NCBI GenBank assembly: GCA_021613535.1
Contig: CP075493.1
Span: 9,548,001-9,612,000 of the forward strand
Source of the DNA: Adineta vaga
Lineage: Eukaryota; Animalia; Rotifera
Direction of reading: 5' to 3'
DNA: 64,000 nucleotides
Shown: positions 31,171 to 42,499 of the stretch, piece by piece
Layout of the letters: each line of letters begins with the position of its first letter
How positions within the stretch are numbered: the first letter of the stretch is position 1
Notes under the pieces: generated by a model
Told to the model about the DNA's origin: nothing
Databases searched by the model: none
The model's input: only the letters and a program-made list of their open reading frames with translations
Made by a program: the position numbers and the translations under genes

Positions 31171-33793
31171 TTAACTAGTTGTATTCAAATAATGGATATT
31201 GTTTTCTTATTGGTATAGTCTCTTTACAAGATGAAACTGTTAATTAATTTTGTTGAAATAATCGAGTAGAAAATAACCTTTCACTTCTGGATATACTTTG
31301 AGTAGCTTTTGTGATCGACGAGATAGTGTCAGGTTTAGTTTTGCCTAGTAGATAAAGTTGTATGCGCAGATGAAGATTGAATCAATATGAAAGTACTTAC
31401 GAAGATTTTCAAATATTTCGATGTTGGTTTGTGTAGCAGAAGACTTGCGCATTGGCTGAAACGCTGGTTTTTTCAAGATTGATGATAAAGGTGGATGATT
31501 ATTTTGTGCCGGAGTTTCTTGAGAAGAAAAAAAAATTGGTTCATTAACAGCAGTTGACGAGATAATGGGCCAAGGATCATTGTGCGTAAAATTCCCATTT
31601 GGAGATAGCCGTTGTTGAATATTCTATGAAAGATAAAAAATAGAATAGATATAGTATGTAGAAGATAAAATTCGTGAACTTTTTGTTGCAGTTTATCATT
31701 TAAACGTGTTTCTAATGTGGAATGGGCAGAAGTTTTGACATCGAGATCATTGTCGAGACCAAGTGAACTAAAACTTGGCGTAATCGTTGAATCGTTATCA
31801 ATTTCAGGTGCACCATCATTAAAGTTTTTATTTAAAAATAAGAGAGATGGCGTTGGAAATGGTGTTTGTTTCTGATGAGTATTCATTTTGAACATTGTTG
31901 CTTTCGTATGATCACCAATCTATGATTGTAATAGAAATTAAAATAAATTTACTTTTTTTTCTTACATTTGGTTTTATTTCTTTTTGAGTAACATGATATT
32001 TAAATATGGATATGTCTTTATGTATGGACTCAGCTCGTTCTAATAGTGCTTCATCATCTGGTGGAAAATTAGATACAGCTGTTGAACGTAATGCAAAGCT
32101 AGGTACAGCAACAATACTTAATACAACAGATTTTTCTTTAGGGTTTTCATTGACATCTGTCGGTGGTATTGGTGACGTAGCAAAGTTGTGTGTTTCTTTA
32201 ATCGTTGGGATTGATTGTGTAGATTTTTCATTAGTGTCTGTCCGTGGTATTGGTGATGTGGCGAAACTATGCGTTCTTTTCATTGAATGAATAGGTTCTT
32301 CTTTTTCTTTTTGATTCAATTTATTATTTTGCTGATTTGTAAATAGACTGGTAAGATCTGTTGGTTCACGTGTTTGTGTTGATGTTGATATTGTATTCAT
32401 AGAAATTGGTGGTTTGAACACATCTAAAAACATGTAATGCACGGATTGGAAACAGTTAGTAACTTTTATATATGATACTAACTTGTAGCAGGAAGGGAAT
32501 TGTTTGATGCAATTTGACTTGTAGATTGAACGGCGGTAGGCATCTTGAAACAGGTGCTTTGGCAACAGGAGTGGTCAATTTAACGGAATGTTCATTGTTG
32601 GTAGTAGTACTAGTAGTAGTAGTAGTAGTAGTAGAGGGATGAAGAAGAGGTTTACTAAGTGATGGTCGTGAATATGAAACAGTCGACACAACAGGAGCAA
32701 TAGTTTTAGTTGGAGGGGAAGATAATATAGGAGTACGGGGTGCATCATATGTAGGAGAAACAGCTGAGGTATCCGGGCTAAATGTAGGAGATGAGTTGGT
32801 AGATTTCAAAAAGATATTATCAACACTAGGTATCGGTGAGTTTACAGGAATGACAGGAGTTGAAACTGTAGGAGCAGTAACTGGTGCAGAAGTCATAAGA
32901 TTCGTAGATTGAGTAGAAGTTTTAGTAGTTGTTGTAACAACTTGAACTACTGAAGTGGAAAAGTTTGAAGAAGTAGGTGGCATCGATGATTTTTTAAAGA
33001 ACTTGTCATTGTTAGTGTTGTTTGTCGGAATATTTGTAGTTTCAGAAGAAGTAGAAGTATCAAACTTTACTACCGAGTTAATAGGATTCGAAAGTGGTTC
33101 AGTAGGAACATGAGAGGCATTTGCATCAAGTACGAAGACAGATGTACGACGTACGGAAGGTGTAGGAGGTTTCATAGAAGTAGTAAACGGTTCTGTATTT
33201 GTGGCCAATGGAGGAGTGAAGCGTTCAGGAAGAGCACGAGGAGAAGCGGAATTCATATTCATAGAGATACGAGAAGCTTCAGAAGTCAGCCGAAAAATAG
33301 ACGGACGACGCACAGTAGAAGTCCTTGGTGTGGATGGTTTTGTAGGAGATATATTATCATTTTTTAATGATGTACGAGTGTCAGAACTCATTGGAAAATT
33401 CGGTGGAGATGTTTCTCCTGAAGTGCGAGAAGTTCCGGCATCAAGTACATAGACGGATGTACGATGAGTAGCAGAATTTAATGGCATTGGAAATGTTTCA
33501 AGATTAGTTACGGTACTAGATTCCACGTTATTCATCGTACTTCTATGAACAGTCGATTTTGTAACATTAGAAGAACCGTCCGGTTGAACCATAGAAACCG
33601 ATGTGTGTGAAGTTGTAATCATCGTAGTACCAGTTGCAGACGGATTTGTAGGAACGTCAGCAGCGGGGAAAGAATACGAAGAAACATGAGGCATCTCTGA
33701 ATCAAACATTGGACCTGACTCGTGAGGGTAGAGCATTGGAAAAGGCACATGTGGTGGTTGAGAAACGGCAGGAGTAACCGTCGAGTTACCCAT
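31171..33793 (-). CDS. Large S/T/P-rich low-complexity orphan protein (one apparent frameshift)
   Basis: ORFs 32456-33793, 31912-32565 and 31473-31895 connect through GT-AG introns if a single base is restored at ~32545. MGNS N-terminus and internal repeats. 3' end approximate. Confidence 0.6.
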
Positions 33794-34400
33794 CGAGATT
33801 TTTTTTTCAAATAAGTCTACGTCATTGAATTATTATTATGGTTTTGAATTTATTATATATTCTTTTCATGGCTTCATTCTATATTACAATTCTTTTACAG
33901 GTATAATTAATACAATACAAATGTCTTCGACGACATATTCGAAGGTTTTGTTGTCCAATGTGTGAGAAAGAATTGATTAAATTCAGACAACAAAATCATT
34001 TCAAAATAGTTCAACTGTTTCTGTTATTTCGTTTCTTACTCTACAGTGATATCTATCGTAAAAAAATGTCTTAATCTTCATACATTGGCTATACATTCAT
34101 CCAACCATAGGAAGAAGCGACGTTTATTATTTATTTTTTTTAGTTTGATTCGATAGAAAAATGACGAGCACAAGCCGCTTACGTCTACACCCGCTTTTAA
34201 TCATTGACTGAGTCAGTTACTCATCAACTTATTTATTTTTATTTAATTGTAATACATATAATTTATTTGTTCTAATAGATCGACTATTTGAATCTGTCCT
34301 GTCCGTTCTTTTCTTTCGATTATATATTCTTAATTTTTTTGTATCATGTTTTTAATCAATTAACTATATTTAACTTCATTATCATCTTTTGTACAATCAA

Positions 34401-35920
34401 ATGGAAGCGAATAAAGATGCTGCTTTACATTATTTAGAACTTGCTGAAAAAGCAGTTCTTACTAATGAAAATGCACGAGCTATACGATATATCAATAAAT
34501 CTGAAGATCTGTTTCCAACACAAAGAGCCAAAGGTAATGTCACGTGTTTTTCTCGAAGATTTTCTGAAAATAGATTCTTTAAAGATCTACGAGAACGAAT
34601 AAAGAATTCAACTCATACCAGTAAAACACATGAATCTACCACCACATCTTCGAATCATGATCATACAAATACAAATGGCACTTCATCACATACCAGACAT
34701 AGAACAAATTCAACAACGGCGAATGATTATACTTCAGAAGAAGTAGAAGCTGTTCGAAAGTAACTCAAATCTAATTTCATATCATCATGAATATATTGGT
34801 AACTCGTTTTTTTTTCTTTCTTTTATTATATTAGAATCAAAACATGTAAAGATTTGTACGAAATTCTTGGCGTTAATAAAACAGCATCGGAAGCTGATTT
34901 GAAAAAAGCTTATAGAAAACTAGCACTTCAAGTGAGTGATTCATCGCTGAATTCCTTCTTCGTTATTTTCATTCATTTCATTCAGTTCCATCCAGACAAA
35001 TGTAAAGCACCTGGTGCTACTGAAGCTTTCAAAGGTTATCTTGTCAAAAAGACAATTAAACATTGAACTTTACTTACATCTTTTTTATTATAGCAATTGG
35101 TAAAGCTTTTTCGATACTCAGTGATCCAAAAAAACGTCAAGATTATGATGAATATGGTCATGCAATGGAACCACACTATGAACGTAATCATACCGGTGGT
35201 AGACATGGTGGACAAAATTATTATTATTCAGATGATGATGATGATTTTTCAGCTGAAGAAATCTTTAATCTTTTCTTCGGTTATTCTGGTATGATATAAA
35301 TAAATATATTTTGATGAACAAAGACGAATATTTTTCTAAAGGTCCAACAAATCGTACATATCGACGTCGTCAACATACAAATACATTTCATTTTGGGACA
35401 CATTCACCACAAAATGTTTGTTTTTATGATCGTTTTTTTACGAAACCATATTTCTTTTCATCTCTTTAGACTACAAATACACTTACCCAACTATTACCTT
35501 ATCTATTTCTTTTTCTTATTTCAATCATTGGAACATTTTTAGTCAGTGAACCTCAATTTCAATTGCATCGTACTGGGTAAAAATCATGATTTCTCATCGG
35601 CATGAATGTTCATTTCTAATCTTTCTTTTCCTAGGAAATACACTGTTCCACGTACGACACGTTCAGCAAATATTCAGTATTATGTTAAACCAGATTTCCG
35701 TGAACCAAGTACAATTACCGAACTAGATAGGTTCGAATCATCGGTCATTGATGAACATATATCTGATCTACGAAATCAATGTTACCGTGAACAACAACAT
35801 AAAGAATCAATGCTATGGCGAGCAAGAATGATGAATGATAATGGTTTATATCGGCGAGGTCAACAATTAACGACGCCATCGTGTACAAAATTAAACCAGT
35901 TCGTACGTGATTATGCCTAG
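34401..35920 (+). CDS. DNAJB12: DnaJ homolog subfamily B member 12/14 (ER-membrane J protein)
   Basis: MEANKD start, J domain (YEILGV...[37 protein letters not shown]), [12 protein letters not shown] segment, DUF1977-like C-terminus ([13 protein letters not shown]...TPSC). Confidence 0.9.
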
Positions 35921-36538
35921 TTTCAAGTTCAATGTTGTTTTTTTCTATTAAAAAATTACAGTGAACTATTTCCTTTTTTTGATTTCTTCTTCTTTGTTTC
36001 GTATTCTCGATCAAATATGTGATTCAATTGTAACGAAAAGAAAATGAACTTTGAGTATTATAAATAAACAAAGCAATATCAAAGTCAAGTTTTGTTTTGT
36101 ATTAAGTGACTCTGAGCAAAAATACACGACGAGATCAAATCGGATTAATCTGTGAATAACTTCGCAGTAAAAGAAGTCATTGACACAATTTATGAAATTG
36201 TTTTAATTTTGTTTTAATTGTTTTATTATAGAGTATCAGTGGATAGGACACAACAAAAAAAGGACTGGATGTTGTATTATTTTTTTGTTGCCTTGCTTTC
36301 AAACTTCTATTATACAGAAAAAATTTGTTGTGCTCGAAGAAAAAAAGACGAATATAACTAAAGGAGTACACTCACTGTTTATTCGAGACACAGAAAAATC
36401 AGGATGAATGAAAAGAAGGATTTATCATTCAGATCAATAGGCAGCGGGAATAATAGAAAAAAAGAGAAGTGTAACAAGACAAAAAATAATACCTAGATCT
36501 AGAGCACCACTCTTTTTTTCCTCAACTAAGAAAATCAT

Positions 36539-37773
36539 TTATTTAGCATACGATGCTTGTCCAGTTTGAACTAAGTATCGCTTAAATTCATCATAGAGAA
36601 CAAGGACAAGTGATGAACCAACACTTCGATATAAATTTGATAAGTTGCCTTTGAAGAAAGCAGTTAAACCTTCATTAGCAGCAATCTTTCGAGCACAATC
36701 CGTTGTTCCTCTATAGATAATATCTCCACGACCACTTTGCATCATCAAACGACTAGAAACGAAAACAAAATGTGAACTCTTATCTATTATTCAAACAACC
36801 TACCGTCGAATAGTATCAAGTGGATAGGCAAGAAATTCAGATGATGATGTGACAAATTGTGCGAAAAGAAAGCGATATAAAATGCTTGGATTTGGATTAT
36901 CACCGAAGATGAATTTTTTTCCAGCATCATAACCACCAAAATAGAATGCACGGTAGACAAAAATACCGGCCACACTAATAGCAAAACCTCGATAGAGACC
37001 TAGCGAAGAAAAAGATCCATTGATAAGAGTAATTCAATCTAAAAGCAATAGTAAGATATATTACCTTGTATGCCATCAGCTTTGTATATTTTAACAAGAC
37101 AATCATTCATGCCTTTAAATTGTCGTTCACTAACTGATTTTCCAATATCGACACCAAGACGTGTACGAGCAAAATCCAATGGATAGACAAATAGTAAACC
37201 TGTTGCTCCAGCCATACCACCTGCAAATAAATTACCAGCGAAAAATTTATATGGATTTAAAGCAGGATTGTAATTCGCAAACATTCGTTGATAACGTTCT
37301 TTGAAAGCGAAATTTAAAGCTTGCTAAATAGAATCAAATTCATTGATAGATTGTTTCTCGAAAACTAGTAGAACAAAATTACCGTTGGAAAATAACGCAA
37401 AACATTGGCCCAATTGCCTCGCCAGAGTGATATAGGTCCTTCTTCTTTAATACATCGAACGAGACAATCACCAAATCCTTTATATTTCTGTCCTGCAGCA
37501 ATCTTTTGATTGACATCTTGGGTTTGAAGAAGAAGTTTGACACGTTCAAGTGGTGCAACGGCTGTTTTTGAAATAGCTCCCTACAATTCATACGTTTATT
37601 ATTCGAAGAATGATTTTTAATAGGTAATACATACAGCTAAAAGAAGAAGCAAAATGGTGAAGATTAAATCGAGCTAAGAAGAAAAACAAACCTGTTCCAC
37701 CAGCAAGAAAATCGATTAAAATATCTTTTGTCGTTGTTGCTGGTCTTTGTGGTACACCGGTTGGGCCGCCCAT
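36539..37773 (-). CDS. Mitochondrial ADP/ATP carrier (SLC25 ANT family), divergent
   Basis: [67 protein letters not shown]. Frame requires a 2-nt exon at 37635-37636. Confidence 0.93.
37635..37636 (-). other. 2-nt micro-exon (CT) of the ADP/ATP carrier gene
   Basis: Minus strand reads cttcttttag|CT|gtatgt. Flanking introns are 55 nt (37691-37637) and 54 nt (37634-37581). It restores the frame G+CT = Ala, giving AGGTAGAISKT. Confidence 0.85.
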
Positions 37774-38240
37774 ATCGATCTAAAGTAAAAGATAAAATGA
37801 AGCCGTTTGTCCTTTAAACGATCTTTTTTCGCGTTAGATTCCGATTGTTTATCGATGGTCGACAACGACAACAAATGTGCAAATAGATGTAGACACTCCT
37901 TACTTCTGAAGAGAAGAAAAACACAAAAATAGCTTTATTGAAGTAACCAATCCGAACGAACAATACCGCTTTCTTTTTTTTTCAATACATGAACGACAGA
38001 GATCGCTAATATATAAAGGTATTCTAATAGCGCATATAATATTTTCATTCGTAAAATTGTCGTTATGTTCAACATTATTCTAAATATTTTCTCAAAAAAA
38101 AAAGAATAAATTTCTCAGAATTTGAAGAACAAAATTTTCCGATCGCATCATTCATATACTGAATTGTGCAATTAATATGACATGGTAACATGAAGAATAA
38201 GAGAAAAACACTATACATTCTTTTATTCTTCTTTGTGGGT

Positions 38241-38445
38241 AAAACTGAAAAGTATTACGCATACTGTGTAACATGTGTCAAAAGGACTTGAAATGATAGA
38301 AAAAGGCGGTTGAAGTGCTTTTCAATTTAGATATGGGGAAAAATCCAAATGATCGAATCACTAAAAGTGAAACAGAAAATTCCAACTAGTAGTATGACAT
38401 CCGTCGATATAAAAGGCTGTGGTGTAACTACATACAAACAGTCAC
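38241..38445 (+). promoter_or_regulatory. Putative promoter of the Ubl-RBR/USP cluster: TATA box, Inr-like element, kB-like and IRF-E-like motifs
   Basis: TATAAAA 38408-38414 with CAGT about 30 nt downstream, GGGGAAAAATCC 38335-38346, AAAAGTGAAACAGAAAA 38363-38379, AAAACTGAAAAGT 38241-38253. Motif matches only. Confidence 0.45.
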
Positions 38446-38506
38446 TTTCTCCAACTAAATCACATATAACTACAGTTAAGTTTACACTACACATCAAACG
38501 TAGATC

Positions 38507-39505
38507 ATGTCGGGTATTATCAATGTTTTATTCTCTACCATGAAAGGTAGTAAACATCTTGGTCAACTGAGGGATGGTTATACTGTTGCTGATATTAGAA
38601 AATTAGTGAAAGAAAAATTTGGTTCAGATAGTTTTCGTCTTGTGGTTAATGGTCAAGAAATTCAAGACAATGATCCAGCTAAATTTGAAGAATTAAAAAA
38701 ATCTATTAAAAACAATACAGTCATTTATGTATGTCAACGAATGGATGGTGGATCGGGTATGGTTGATATAGCTTCCCATAAGGCTACGATTCTTGTCGAT
38801 CTTCAAGATGAATTACGTAAAGTTCCAACACAGAAAACCAATTCTGAATGTATGATTTGTACGGAAGAGAAAAACTGTATTAAAATTTGTTGCAGCTCAA
38901 TCATTTGTAAAGAATGTTTTCCAAATTATTTCATTCATACTGATTATAAAATTTCTTGCTTAACGTGTAATCAAGTTTTACCACCGGAAACGGTTTTTGT
39001 TACACAACAATTTATTCAATCACTTGTTCAATTAGATGAAACAACATTATTGGCCCGAAATATTGATTTTCAAATATGTACTTGTGGAGCATTTTGTATT
39101 AACAGTACGATGTATGCAAGACAACAGTGTAGCAATTGTCAACGATGGTTATGTTTCTTTTGTAATACCGATTGGGATGAACGAGGGAAGAAAATGAAAA
39201 ATGAAAAATATTCATGTCGAGTCAATTGTTTTTGGGAAACTAAAATTACTTATCAATTAGTTACATTAGAATATAATAAAAATATGAAAACACCAAATCG
39301 ACGATGTTGTCCAAAATGTTTCGAATGCGGTTCATATGATTTAAAATGCAAATATCATCGATGCAAATGTGGTCATACATTTTGCTTCATTTGTCTAAAG
39401 TCTAAAGCAGAATGTATACGTGATTTTAAATCGGAATATAATCGGCCATGTGGTGCAGTAGCACAACAAACATACACAATATTTCCACGTCTTTGTCATC
39501 AATAA
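38507..39505 (+). CDS. Ubiquitin-like domain (ending RMDGG) fused to RBR (RING1-IBR-RING2) E3 ligase; intronless
   Basis: aa 1-82 are beta-grasp-like (TVADIRKLV...FRLVVNGQEI...VIYVCQRMDGG). Then RING1 CMIC...CC..ICKEC...CLTC, IBR ICTCGAFC...QCSNC...CFFC..DW, RING2 RCCPKC...KCKYHRCKCGHTFCFICL. Confidence 0.88.
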   Translation: MSGIINVLFSTMKGSKHLGQLRDGYTVADIRKLVKEKFGSDSFRLVVNGQEIQDNDPAKFEELKKSIKNNTVIYVCQRMDGGSGMVDIASHKATILVDLQDELRKVPTQKTNSECMICTEEKNCIKICCSSIICKECFPNYFIHTDYKISCLTCNQVLPPETVFVTQQFIQSLVQLDETTLLARNIDFQICTCGAFCINSTMYARQQCSNCQRWLCFFCNTDWDERGKKMKNEKYSCRVNCFWETKITYQLVTLEYNKNMKTPNRRCCPKCFECGSYDLKCKYHRCKCGHTFCFICLKSKAECIRDFKSEYNRPCGAVAQQTYTIFPRLCHQ

Positions 39506-39594
39506 AAATACTTCTCTTTTTGTTGTTAATAAATATGTGATATTTATCTATTTAATAAACCAAACACGAAGTATTCCTATGCCTATCGTTTTAG

Positions 39595-41014
39595 ATGAAC
39601 AGTTGTTTTCCAATGCGATTCAAAAAGAAAAAATCCAAGGCAAAACATTCGCCATTAGTTCAAGAACCTCGATTCAAATCTTCAGATGGAAACCGATCAT
39701 CAACAAAGCATCAAAATACAATATCAGTTCACTTAGATAAAAGTATAGTTAATCTGACGTCAAACTCTTCGGAACAAGCAGGTCTTACTAAGTTACTATC
39801 GAAGTGCAATCGACCATTGAAAAATAGAATATTACCAGGTATGTGAACAAATATTTAGATTTGTATGTATATTTTTGGTTGACTTTTTAGAACTTAATCA
39901 GAAGGATGATGTATCGAAGAAGCCTATCGAGAGACATGAAACAATCAATAGAGATGCTCAAGATAGTCCCAGCACATTGATCACACACGAAATTCAAATG
40001 ATACAACTAGACACACGTGGGAGTTTGTCATCGAAACAAAAACTACCTCCAATATCTCGTTCATCGTCATCTTCTCGATCAGATCATCAAAATGTATCGA
40101 CACGTCATTCGTTAGGTGTTTGTGGTCTGAAAAATATTGGAAATACTTGTTACATAAACAGCGCTCTACAGTGCTTAAATAGTATACCTGCTTTTGTTGA
40201 ATGGGCTAAGCAACAACGAACATCTATGACGCAAAGAAATATAATCGATGTTTATGCTTTATTAGTACAAAAAATGTGGTCCGATCGGCAGCAATGTGTT
40301 AATCCTGAAGAATTGAAGAATTATGTCAGTTACGTAGCTCCCATTTTTTCTAACTATGATCAGAAAGATGCACATGAATTTATGAATTCACTTCTTAATA
40401 CATTACAAGCAGCTGATTCAACTTCGTTTCTTACCAATCATTTTCAAATTCATACTCAATCAGAGACTACCGGTAAGAAATGTGAACATATAGATTTCAC
40501 CAATGAAACAACAACATTTCTTCCACTTTCAATTCCTGAATTAAAACCAAATGATCACATCAGACTTTCTCTAGTAGATCTCATTCGAGATTTCTGTCAG
40601 GAAGACACATTAGATGGCGATTATTATTGTCAAACTTGTCAAAAATATCAAGAAGCACGGCATAAAATTACAATTATTCAACCATTACCATCTACTCTTA
40701 TTATTCAACTAAAACGATTTCCATTTGATAACACCAGTAGAAAAATTGATACATTGATACGATTTGAATTCAAATATCAAAATCTACTATCACATGATGA
40801 TCAATACGAACTATCTGCTATTTTACTACATAGTGGAAATCTTGCTTGTGGACATTATACAGCATTGGCACGCAATTACGTCACTAAACGATGGTATCAA
40901 TTCGACGATAGTTATATAAGAGAAATTGATACAGATGATGTCTTGCTAGTTTTTAATACACGACGAGCATATGTGCTTATCTATTTGAGAACTATAGAAA
41001 GTGAAATATTTTAA
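39595..41014 (+). CDS. USP-family deubiquitinase A (peptidase C19)
   Basis: Exon 39595-39838 splices in phase 1 to 39891. Cys box GLKNIGNTCYINSALQCL, QKDAHEFM, LIIQLKRF, His box HSGNLACGHYTA, WYQFDDS, AYVLIY. Confidence 0.9.
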
Positions 41015-41036
41015 TTCTGTCAAACTTCATTTTTAG

Positions 41037-42440
41037 ATGAATAATTTACTTAGGTCAAACGAACGACAACTCGTAGTACGAAATGACAAGGAAGGAAATA
41101 TTTACGATTGTATCTACGATTCAAACTCACACAAGCTAATTCTTCATCTTTCCATACCACCTGTTTCAATCTTATATGAATGGAATGATTTTGGTAAGTT
41201 TACTGATTAGAAACTATGTATATTCTATGACAGATTTTAATTTTCATTAGATCTTCGTTATCTACGTTTAATTATTAAATCACTAACCGTTGATTCGTCG
41301 GAAGAATGCAATAATCAAGAAACAAGTGATATAAATACAGCTCAATCATCTTCTACCTCTTTCATGTCTCATGCAGCAGTACCTGCTGATGTTATTCTTC
41401 TTATCTTTATCCGCTACCTACAATTAATAAATGTTATTTCATGGTCATCACCAACGTGTATCTCTGATCAAGTATATCAACCACCAAAGCAGAATGGAAA
41501 GAATCATTCGATACCAGCTCCTTGTCCAAGAAAAAAACAGAAATTTGAACCTGGTCTATGTGGTTTAGCTAATATTGGTAATACATGTTTTATGAATAGT
41601 GCAATTCAATGTTTAAGCAATATTCCACAACTAACGGAATGGGCTAGTAAATACACATCATCGAATAATCAAACACCTGTTATGACGGCATATACATCAT
41701 TGATTAAATCCATGTGGTCAGGAGAAAAGAAATGCGTTATTCCAAGTGAAATCAAACAATGTGTAAGTCAACATGCTCCAATCTTTTCTGATTATGCTCA
41801 AAAAGATTCACATGAATTTATGAATTCTCTCCTTAATGCACTTCAATCTGAATTTGAAAAGAATCGTTCATCTCAAGAACAATCATCCATTGTAACTGAT
41901 CTTTTTTGTATTCGAACAAAATCAGAAGTAACCTGTTTGAAATGTAAAACTCCTGATTCAACTGAAGAACTTACTTATTGTTTACCATTACCATTTGAAG
42001 AAGAATCGAAATTATCTTTGGATAAGATATTAAAAGATTTCTTGAAAGAAGAACTACTCGATGGACAGTATTACTGTTCGACATGTGAAGATCTTGGATC
42101 AGCTAAACAGAAGACGAGTATATGTCATCCATTACCATCAGTAATCATTATTCAACTAAAACGATTTACTTTCGATGAAACTAATGAAAAATTATCGACA
42201 TTGGTAGATTATCCACTTGTTGATTGGCAAGTGGATGCTAATGATAATTCATTATATGATCTTGTTGCTGTTTCAATGCATTTTGGTAATTTAAAACGAG
42301 GACATTATACAACCTATGCACGATTGAATGCTTCTGATCAATGGTATCATTTTAATGATTCTTCTTTTGAGCGTGTTATTGATATGAATTGTCTTGTTAA
42401 TCGAAATGCTTATGTTTTAGTCTATTTAAAAAAGAATTAA
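41037..42440 (+). CDS. USP-family deubiquitinase B (peptidase C19)
   Basis: Open frame from ATG 41037, intron 41194-41250, then in frame into ORF 41364. Motifs GLANIGNTCFMNSAIQCL, QKDSHEFM, CLKC/CSTC zinc pair, GHYTT, WYHFNDS. Start codon uncertain. Confidence 0.88.
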
Positions 42441-42499
42441 AAAACCACATTAATTGTTCATTTCAGATTTGTAAATTCTCAGCTATTGTTTTTTTACTA

